Assembly: GCA_965555375.1 (NCBI GenBank)
Contig: CBEWDL010000001.1
Coordinates: 6,180 to 70,179 of the forward strand
Origin: an uncultured bacterium
GTDB lineage: Bacteria; Zixibacteria; MSB-5A5; UBA10806
Length of the DNA stretch: 64,000 nucleotides
Direction of reading: 5' to 3'
Every line of letters begins with the position of its first letter. Positions within the stretch are counted from its first letter, which is position 1. Below the pieces are notes generated by a model. That model was not told the origin of the DNA, searched no databases, and worked only from the letters and a program-made list of their open reading frames with translations. Both the position numbers and the translations under genes were made by a program. Below are positions 57,343-64,000 of the stretch, in pieces.

Positions 57343-58871
57343 GATCCAAGTATCAGTTTAACGAGGTTATCGACTGTATCTTTTATGAAAACATTCAAAA
57401 CCTTAGGATAGACTCCTATCAAAAGGGTAAGAACGGCCAGAGGGAAGACCGTGAAGATTTCCCGACCGTTGATCTCTGTTAAACCTTCCCATCTGGTGTT
57501 GAACTGCCCCAGGAATATCCTCTGGATCATCCTGAGAATATACCCGGCGGTAAGAACTACTCCCAGTATGGCCAGGATGACTATCCATTTAGAGACGAAA
57601 ATTGACTGGAATGAGCCGATGAAGACCATGAATTCGGAAATAAAGCCGCTCATCCCCGGAAGTCCCAGCGAGGCCATACCGAACAGCACGAAGATGCCCG
57701 TATAGACGGGCAGTTTGACTCCCAATCCGCCGAATGCGGCAATCTCTCTGGTGTGGGCCCTGTCGTAGATAACCCCCACCAGAAGAAACAAGGCCCCGGT
57801 TATCACACCGTGGGAAAACATCTGGAACAGACAGCCTGATATCCCGACTGTTGTTATAGCTGCCATACCGAGCAGGCAAAAACCCATGTGCGAAACAGAG
57901 GAGTAGGCCACCAGTTTTTTGAGATCTTTCTGCGCCATGGAGACCAGGGCGCCGTAGATGATGCCGATCAGCCCGAGAATCGCTAACGGAATTGCGTAGG
58001 CGATAGTCGCTTCGGGGAACATGGGGAAAGAGACCCTCAGAATGCCGTAGATGCCCATTTTCAACAATATCCCGGCCAGGATGACCGATACGGCGGTCGG
58101 GGCCTCCACATGGGCGTCGGGTAACCACGTGTGGAATGGCCAGACCGGGACTTTGATGGCAAAGGCTATAAAGAAGGCGGCGAAAACCCACATCTGGAAC
58201 AGGTGAGAGTAGATCGAGTTCTGCCGTATAAGCGCCAGCATGTCAAGAGATCCGACAGTGAAATACAGGGCCAGAATGCCGACCAGCATAAAGACCGAGC
58301 CGAAGAGTGTATAAAGGAAGAACTTGATCGCCGCGTATTCCCGTCGAGGGCCGCCCCAGACGCCGATTAAGAAATACATCGGCACCAGCATAATTTCCCA
58401 GAAGATGTAGAATAAGAAGAAGTCGAGGGCGCAGAAGACGCCGATCATACCGGTCTCGAGCAGTAGAAACCAGGCGAAATATTCTTTTACTCTGTCTTTG
58501 ATGCCGAACGAGGCGATAATGGAAACGAAGGACAACAGTCCCGTTAAAAAGAGCATCGGCACCGAAAGACCGTCGGCGCCCATTATATACTGAACATTGA
58601 CCTGCGGGAACCAGGCCACCGGTCTGGCGAAATCGAAAACGAATCCCTGAGTCTCGCTATAAATATTGAAAAGCATCCCCGTGCCCATGGCCTCAAAGTA
58701 AAACCAGACCAAGTAGATGGAGAGTACGAAAGGAACGAAGGAGAAAAAGGCGGCGGTCCATCGTATCGCCCCCACCGATTCCTTCTTCAAAAGGAGAATC
58801 GCCACGATCCCGATTAAGGGGATGAAGGTCATATATGTTAATATTGGAAATGGTAATGTAATCGGTTCCAA
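57339..58871 (-). CDS. nuoM: NADH-quinone oxidoreductase subunit M
   Basis: 510 aa. Conserved WLPDAHVEAPT motif. Confidence 0.9.
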   Translation of the reverse strand: MEPITLPFPILTYMTFIPLIGIVAILLLKKESVGAIRWTAAFFSFVPFVLSIYLVWFYFEAMGTGMLFNIYSETQGFVFDFARPVAWFPQVNVQYIMGADGLSVPMLFLTGLLSFVSIIASFGIKDRVKEYFAWFLLLETGMIGVFCALDFFLFYIFWEIMLVPMYFLIGVWGGPRREYAAIKFFLYTLFGSVFMLVGILALYFTVGSLDMLALIRQNSIYSHLFQMWVFAAFFIAFAIKVPVWPFHTWLPDAHVEAPTAVSVILAGILLKMGIYGILRVSFPMFPEATIAYAIPLAILGLIGIIYGALVSMAQKDLKKLVAYSSVSHMGFCLLGMAAITTVGISGCLFQMFSHGVITGALFLLVGVIYDRAHTREIAAFGGLGVKLPVYTGIFVLFGMASLGLPGMSGFISEFMVFIGSFQSIFVSKWIVILAILGVVLTAGYILRMIQRIFLGQFNTRWEGLTEINGREIFTVFPLAVLTLLIGVYPKVLNVFIKDTVDNLVKLILGS

Positions 58872-58888
58872 CTAATCCTCCTTTATCG

Positions 58889-61057
58889 TCAAATTAGCTT
58901 TATAAATAAGAAGACCACGGCGCCGAAAAACACCACCAGCGCATAGGTCTGCAATTGCCCGGTTTGTATCTTTCTGAGAGTCCTGCCGAAAAACATCGAG
59001 ACATGACCTGTGCCGTTGACGGCGCCATCGACTACATACGTATCGAATCGCTCATGTGCCCATGAGAAAAACAACGTCAGCTTTGCCGTGCCGTTGACGA
59101 TGCCATCTATTATAAGGAGATCAAATTTGAATAGAAAATCGGCCAACTTATATGTCGGATTAATTATGACAGCCATGTACAGCTCATCGAAATACCACTT
59201 GTTAAACAGGAGTGTATAGATCGGCTTGAACCTCTGTGCCATTTTCACCGGGGAGATTGCTCCTCTGTAATACATAAGATATGCCAGGCCGATACCGGAT
59301 AAGGCCACAACCAGCGAAATAAGCATAAGTAAAATGCTGGGTTCCACGTGGTGGACCGCGCCATAATAGACGAAGGAGGAATACCCTTTATGAAGCCAGG
59401 GGATACCGACCCAGCCGGCGCAAACCGACAGCACGGCAAGTATCATCAATGGAATCGTCATGTTTCTGGGGGATTCGTGGGCATGGTCATAGGCGTGCTG
59501 ATCTCGCGGCTTACCAGTAAATGTCATAAAATACAGCCTGAACATGTAGAAGGCAGTCATGCCTGCCACGAGGATTCCAATCAAGAGGAAGATATAATGT
59601 CCTCCGGCGAAGGCTGTGGCGAAAATCTCATCCTTCGACCAGAAGCCGGATAAAGGAAAGATCCCCGATATGGATAAGCTGGCGATAAGGAACGTTATGG
59701 ATGTTATCTTCAATTTTTTGTGCAGTCCACCCATAAACTGGATGTCGTTGGTGTGGACGGCGTGGATAACCGAACCGGCGGCTAAAAAGAGGAGGGCTTT
59801 GAAACAGGCATGGGTCATAAGGTGGAAGGTCCCCGCCGCGAAACCCGCCAACCCCAGGGCCATGATCATATAACCCAGCTGTGAGACGGTGGAATAGGCG
59901 AGAACACGTTTTATATCATTTTGAACTAAACCTATGGACGCCGCCAGAAACGCCGTGAAAGCTCCCACCGATGCTACCACATACATCATGGTCTCCGATA
60001 TCATAATAATTCCCATCAGGCGGGCGGTCAGGTAAACACCGGCGGCCACCATGGTGGCGGCATGGATCAGGGCGGAGACCGGTGTCGGGCCTTCCATGGC
60101 GTCGGGCAACCACACATGGAAGGGAAACTGCGCCGATTTCCCCGCGGCACCGCAGAACATCAGGATACCGGCAATAGCCACCAGCGGCAGCATATTCGAC
60201 GCTATCTGGCCGTTGGCGATCATATAATCGATTTCGGGTAGGGATGCTGAACCGACGGCGAAGATGAGTATCACCAATCCGAGGAGAAATCCCAGATCGC
60301 CGATCTTGGTGGTTACAAAGGCCTTCTTGCCGGCATCGGAGGCGGATTTCTTCTCGAACCAGAAGCCTATCAATAAATAGGATGTCAACCCCACCAGCTC
60401 CCAGAAAACGAACATCAATACATACGTGCCGGCTATCACCAGGCCGAGCATGGAGAAGGTAAACAGCGAAAGATAGGCGAAATATCTGGCGAATCGGGGG
60501 TCACCGTGCATATAGCCGAGAGAGTAAATTTGCACCAGAGATGCTATAATGGTGACCACCATCAGCATGACCGCCGCCAGCGGATCTATATATATCCCCA
60601 CGGGAATGACGAAGGCGCCTTTCTTGCCATGCCTCTGAGGCTCCTGGAATTTGAGATGGTGCCCGGATTCGCCGTGTTTCCCGTTATCCTCTGGATATAT
60701 GGAATCTACCGATTCCGAATATTCCGCTTCCGGCTCCAGAAGAGATTCAACTTCATCAGCCTCCGCAACGGTTGTTTCATGGATCTCTGTTGCGTCGCCA
60801 TGCTCATTCTGGCCGAGGGTTATAGCTTCAGCCCCGGACATGCCGCCATCGCCAAGGACAACCCATTCGATCCAATATTCCCTGGGCGTGGGATCTTTCA
60901 AAACCTCGATCAGGACGACAACAGATAGGACAAACGATGCCAGAACCATCCCGATGGAAAAATAGCTGGAGACCTTATTGCTTTTGTTCAGGAAGAATAC
61001 GATCAGGATGAATGCCAGCAGGGGAAGCGCCGCTATGATCCAGCTATAAGGCAACAT
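58889..61057 (-). CDS. nuoL: NADH-quinone oxidoreductase subunit L, with an ~80-90 aa acidic/His-containing insertion after the first two TM helices
   Basis: 722 aa. WLPDAMEGPTPVSALIHAATMV motif. C-terminal long amphipathic helix region. Insertion MSGAEAITLGQNEHGDATEIHETTVAEADEVE...GHHLKFQEPQRHGKKG. Confidence 0.9.
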   Translation of the reverse strand: MLPYSWIIAALPLLAFILIVFFLNKSNKVSSYFSIGMVLASFVLSVVVLIEVLKDPTPREYWIEWVVLGDGGMSGAEAITLGQNEHGDATEIHETTVAEADEVESLLEPEAEYSESVDSIYPEDNGKHGESGHHLKFQEPQRHGKKGAFVIPVGIYIDPLAAVMLMVVTIIASLVQIYSLGYMHGDPRFARYFAYLSLFTFSMLGLVIAGTYVLMFVFWELVGLTSYLLIGFWFEKKSASDAGKKAFVTTKIGDLGFLLGLVILIFAVGSASLPEIDYMIANGQIASNMLPLVAIAGILMFCGAAGKSAQFPFHVWLPDAMEGPTPVSALIHAATMVAAGVYLTARLMGIIMISETMMYVVASVGAFTAFLAASIGLVQNDIKRVLAYSTVSQLGYMIMALGLAGFAAGTFHLMTHACFKALLFLAAGSVIHAVHTNDIQFMGGLHKKLKITSITFLIASLSISGIFPLSGFWSKDEIFATAFAGGHYIFLLIGILVAGMTAFYMFRLYFMTFTGKPRDQHAYDHAHESPRNMTIPLMILAVLSVCAGWVGIPWLHKGYSSFVYYGAVHHVEPSILLMLISLVVALSGIGLAYLMYYRGAISPVKMAQRFKPIYTLLFNKWYFDELYMAVIINPTYKLADFLFKFDLLIIDGIVNGTAKLTLFFSWAHERFDTYVVDGAVNGTGHVSMFFGRTLRKIQTGQLQTYALVVFFGAVVFLFIKLI

Positions 61058-61779
61058 CAGTTGCTACCCCCGGTCTCATTCTGATTCCTGGCCGCCTGAA
61101 TATTATCCGTTTCGACAGGCGGCTTCCCGTTCTCTGTTTTCACCATCTTGGATATTTCCTTGAAAGCTCCGGCTATGGGAGCCGCCATGGGGTTACCGGA
61201 GACAAGAGTGGGTATGCTGGCAATTAAGTTCATTGTTATTCTGTCTCTCATATTATCCCGGTTCAGACCTGTCAGGCCCATGCTGTAAGAGAAAGATGTC
61301 AAAGCGATAAAGAATACAGCGATGACGATAACCCCGATCCTGCGGAAGTTGCCAGGATGTGCGCCGGCCAACGCTCGCCAGGTGACCACGAAAGGAAATA
61401 CCGATATCATAATGGCGCTGGCGAGGCCGAAAATTATCCCCCGCCACAGGACCACCATGAAATTAATGTTCTTGAACATCCCCAGAACTTCGGGCGAGTC
61501 GACGAGAGAATACGAGATAAATCCAAACCCGAAAAAGACGGCCAGTATGAATCCCAGAGCCCAGCCGGATTTCAGAGAAGCCCTGGCTTTGAGCGATGAG
61601 GACTTTTTGTAATACAGGAGAAAACCCGCGGTAGAAAGAAGGAATATCAGATAGTACAGATCGATGGGCACCTTGAACAGGTTTACGAATAAGAGTGGGA
61701 GACCGAAAAGGAGCATGCATAAATCAAAGATCCATACAAGATGTTTCCAGCTTCGGGTATTTAAGTTGACCGATATCAT
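61057..61779 (-). CDS. Hypothetical polytopic membrane protein inserted between nuoK and nuoL
   Basis: 240 aa. About 6 TM segments. Stop overlaps the nuoL start by 1 nt. No family recognised. Confidence 0.5.
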   Translation of the reverse strand: MISVNLNTRSWKHLVWIFDLCMLLFGLPLLFVNLFKVPIDLYYLIFLLSTAGFLLYYKKSSSLKARASLKSGWALGFILAVFFGFGFISYSLVDSPEVLGMFKNINFMVVLWRGIIFGLASAIMISVFPFVVTWRALAGAHPGNFRRIGVIVIAVFFIALTSFSYSMGLTGLNRDNMRDRITMNLIASIPTLVSGNPMAAPIAGAFKEISKMVKTENGKPPVETDNIQAARNQNETGGSN

Positions 61780-61783
61780 AATC

Positions 61784-62092
61784 TTACCATTTCATGAAGT
61801 TGATTTTGTCCACCTCGATGCCGCGGAAATTCCTGTATAACAATATGACAATAGCCAGGCCCACGGAGGCCTCTGCGGCGGCGATCGTTATTATGAATAT
61901 CGCAAAGATTTGACCTGTGATCGCCTCCGGTGTCAAAAATCTCGAGAATGCCACAAAATTTATATTGACCGCATTAAACATAAGCTCGATGGACATCAAA
62001 ACGCCCACAGCGTTGCGACGCGTCAACAGGCCGAATATCCCGATGCAGAACATTGCGGATGAGAGTATCAGATAATGTGTCAATCCAGGCAT
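61784..62092 (-). CDS. nuoK: NADH-quinone oxidoreductase subunit K
   Basis: MPGLTHYLILSSAMFCIGIFGLLTRRNAVGVLMSIELMFNAV. 3 TM segments. Start taken just after the nuoJ stop. Confidence 0.85.
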   Translation of the reverse strand: MPGLTHYLILSSAMFCIGIFGLLTRRNAVGVLMSIELMFNAVNINFVAFSRFLTPEAITGQIFAIFIITIAAAEASVGLAIVILLYRNFRGIEVDKINFMKW

Positions 62093-62093
62093 T

Positions 62094-62948
62094 CTAACTA
62101 TCCTTCCTGGCAATAACTATGGCGCCCATAAGGGCTGCCAGCAAAAGAACCGAAACCACCTCGAACGGCAATACGAATTTCGACATCAACAGCCGCCCGA
62201 TAGTCTCAGTGTTACTGTTGGAAAGCTTTATGGTGATTTTCTGCTCATCATTATTATGGCTTGATAAAATCCAGATCGCATTGGATATTGCATCGTAGCT
62301 GACCTTCTCGCTCCAGATTTTTAGATAGATGCTCTGCTCGTCTGAAAAGACGGTTTGCTGGGTGGAGAAAGCCGGGCTGGCCGAGAGTATGTATCCGTTG
62401 CCCCCAGCCGGTTCCGGCGCCGGTTCTGCGAACTGGGTCTGCCCCAACTCATCGTTTATAATGTTAATGCGCCCCACGGCGCCAAAACTTTCTCCCAGCG
62501 TATCTCTGATATTGGCAGTCCAATGCCACTGCATGCCGTCTGTGAGCAAATCTGAAGCCTCGATGGACGCTGTCCATGATCCCGTATTCCCGGGAGCGGG
62601 AGGGGTATCACCGAAGGTTCTGACCATGGCTATTACGGCCAGGACAAAGAAAAGGCCGGCTATGATGAACGCAGGAATTACCAGTTCGTTTACCTGCCGG
62701 ATCGATCTTGATTGTATCTGATAAGTTAACATGATGGCGAACAGGATAAGTATTGTAACTGCTCCGACATAGATGAGCACCTGGACCGCGGCGAGGAATT
62801 CCGCTTTTAACATCAAATATATTCCCGCCACGAAGAAGAAGGTTAAGACGAGAAACAGCGCGGAATGGAATACGTTACGAAGAGTGACAACCAGGATGGC
62901 ACAAACGAGGATCACTCCGGCAAGAAGATAGAATAGGAACAGGCTCAA
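62094..62948 (-). CDS. nuoJ: NADH-quinone oxidoreductase subunit J, with ~130 aa hydrophilic insertion
   Basis: AVQVLIYVGAVTILILFAIM signature. C-terminal ...VVSVLLLAALMGAIVIARKD. 284 aa, versus about 170-200 typical. Confidence 0.8.
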   Translation of the reverse strand: MSLFLFYLLAGVILVCAILVVTLRNVFHSALFLVLTFFFVAGIYLMLKAEFLAAVQVLIYVGAVTILILFAIMLTYQIQSRSIRQVNELVIPAFIIAGLFFVLAVIAMVRTFGDTPPAPGNTGSWTASIEASDLLTDGMQWHWTANIRDTLGESFGAVGRINIINDELGQTQFAEPAPEPAGGNGYILSASPAFSTQQTVFSDEQSIYLKIWSEKVSYDAISNAIWILSSHNNDEQKITIKLSNSNTETIGRLLMSKFVLPFEVVSVLLLAALMGAIVIARKDS

Positions 62949-63526
62949 GAGACTCCCTCCTCCTCATCCCGGGGCGTATCCCGGTCGGGATTTAACGGTT
63001 TGGCTTCCAGGGTCGACTCGGCAGTATCCGTTGATGATTCGGCTGGCTTTGCTTCGCGTTTTTTCTTTTTCTTTGGCTCGTATTTGACGTCGCGGCCTAT
63101 TTCCTGGAGCCTGTCCTTATCGTAAATCAGCTCCTGCTTGTTAAAAACGGAGAACTCGTATTTGCCGGTGAGCTTGATACTGTCAAAATTGCAGACCTCC
63201 TCGCAGATCCCGCAAAAACAGCAGATCGTATTGTCTATTTTGAATTCGCCGGGATATCTCTTCTTGGTTTCCGGATCTTTTACCTGTTCTACATATATGG
63301 CGTTGACAGGGCACTGTTTCATGCACACCAGACAGGCGTTACAATTGAGTTCGCCGGTCTCCGGATCGGATAACAGGACGACCACGCCTCGCGAGCGTTC
63401 CGGCATGATCCAGCGCTCATCCGGGTATTGAAGAGTAACGGATTTTTTGGGAAGATATTTGCCGGTCGTTTTCAGGCCAACCAGCAAGTTCCAGAATCCT
63501 TTGACAGTGTCTTTGATCGCGCTCAT
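62945..63526 (-). CDS. nuoI: NADH-quinone oxidoreductase subunit I (2x[4Fe-4S]) with Lys/Glu-rich C-terminal tail
   Basis: CNACLVCMKQCP and CCFCGICEEVC ferredoxin motifs. About 45 aa charged tail (EPKKKKKREAKPAESS...). Confidence 0.85.
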   Translation of the reverse strand: MSAIKDTVKGFWNLLVGLKTTGKYLPKKSVTLQYPDERWIMPERSRGVVVLLSDPETGELNCNACLVCMKQCPVNAIYVEQVKDPETKKRYPGEFKIDNTICCFCGICEEVCNFDSIKLTGKYEFSVFNKQELIYDKDRLQEIGRDVKYEPKKKKKREAKPAESSTDTAESTLEAKPLNPDRDTPRDEEEGVS

Positions 63527-63527
63527 A

Positions 63528-64000
63528 TTATTTAAAGAGATAAACTCCCAATCCGGTTAAAATGAGATTGGCAAACGCCAGGGGCAGCAAAAACTTCCAG
63601 GCAAAACTCATGAGTTGATCGACGCGCAGCCGGGGATAAGTCCACCTGAACCACATCAGCACGAAGACCAAAAACAGAGTTTTGCCGAAAAACCAGATCC
63701 AGCTCGGTATGAAAGATAATCCCGGCAGAGGCGGCTGCCACCCGCCCAAAAAGAGCGTGGTAGCCACGGCAGAGACGGTAAACATATTCACAAATTCCGC
63801 CAGGAAAAACATGGCGAATTTCATTCCCGAGTATTCGACATTGAATCCGGCCACCAATTCCTGCTCGGCCTCCGGCAGATCGAATGGCGTTCTATTGACT
63901 TCCGCTACGGAGGCTACGAAATAGATCCCGAATCCCAGAATCTGCGGAAGCCAGAACCATCGCCAGAAATACGGGCCCTGCGCCTCGACAATGTCCACCA
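63528..64000 (-). CDS. nuoH: NADH-quinone oxidoreductase subunit H. Only the C-terminal part is in the window; the N-terminus lies beyond position 64000
   Basis: [39 protein letters not shown] conserved NuoH segment. Confidence 0.85.
   Translation of the reverse strand, partial: VDIVEAQGPYFWRWFWLPQILGFGIYFVASVAEVNRTPFDLPEAEQELVAGFNVEYSGMKFAMFFLAEFVNMFTVSAVATTLFLGGWQPPLPGLSFIPSWIWFFGKTLFLVFVLMWFRWTYPRLRVDQLMSFAWKFLLPLAFANLILTGLGVYLFK

Noticed and set aside
57589-58191. 200-aa minus-strand ORF
   Set aside because: Alternative frame inside nuoM. Arg/Gly-rich. nuoM's frame contains the conserved motifs.
1-64000. CRISPR arrays, rRNA, tRNA
   Set aside because: No regularly spaced direct repeats of 25-40 nt were seen. 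No rRNA-like or tRNA-like sequence was found in the intergenic regions inspected.

Overview
This 64 kb window comes from a Gram-negative (diderm) bacterium with about 50-55% GC. Both strands are densely coding, and most genes are housekeeping. I found no rRNA, tRNA or CRISPR array.

Plus-strand genes, in order:
- Start to 17 kb: a crotonase truncated by the window edge; an archaeal-type leuC / epimerase / leuD / leuB cluster interrupted by two low-GC ORFans; a GlmL/MutL-like ASKHA ATPase; yajC; def-fmt-rng; an O-antigen-ligase-like protein; a DUF2148 protein.
- 17-39 kb: rplU-bamA-skp-lpxD; trxA; an OsmC-like protein; a rhomboid protease; a CheY-like response regulator; dsbD; an ECF sigma fragment with a zinc-finger anti-sigma; a DUF2064 protein; a Cys/Met PLP enzyme; a Hanks-type Ser/Thr kinase coupled to an alpha/beta hydrolase; an EamA transporter; a HDAC/AcuC-like deacetylase; a FAH-family hydrolase; an M1 aminopeptidase; a creatininase-family protein.
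- 40-50 kb: a three-gene outer-membrane operon built around a very Tyr/Gly-rich lipoprotein; hutU, then a YciI-like gene, then a REP-associated tyrosine transposase (RAYT) flanked by five REP hairpins, then hutI; LptE-like, PorV/FadL-like and FecR-like genes.

Minus strand, 50.6-64 kb: CorC/HlyC, htpX, a CaCA antiporter, an EIIA-CBS protein, a DUF502 protein, and complex I genes nuoH (partial) I-J-K-[extra membrane gene]-L-M-N. NuoJ and NuoL each carry a large hydrophilic insertion.

The REP hairpin family (core GTCAGGAA-AGGG-TTCCTGAC) also has copies at 7.24 kb and 10.25 kb. A second conserved hairpin (GCGGTYAYGGCAAGCCRTGACTCGC) occurs twice, and the two copies differ by a compensatory base change.

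Candidates worth a second look:
- the Tyr-rich outer-membrane operon, which has a near-consensus leaderless promoter and an upstream 15-bp perfect palindrome;
- the AT-rich ORFan inserted in the leu operon, which may be a single-gene defence/Abi protein;
- the RAYT/REP unit splitting the hut genes;
- the insertion-bearing complex I.

Phylum placement (possibly the FCB superphylum, from PorV-like barrels and bamA-skp-lpxD synteny) is weak inference. All family assignments rest on reading motifs in the translated ORFs, not on database searches.
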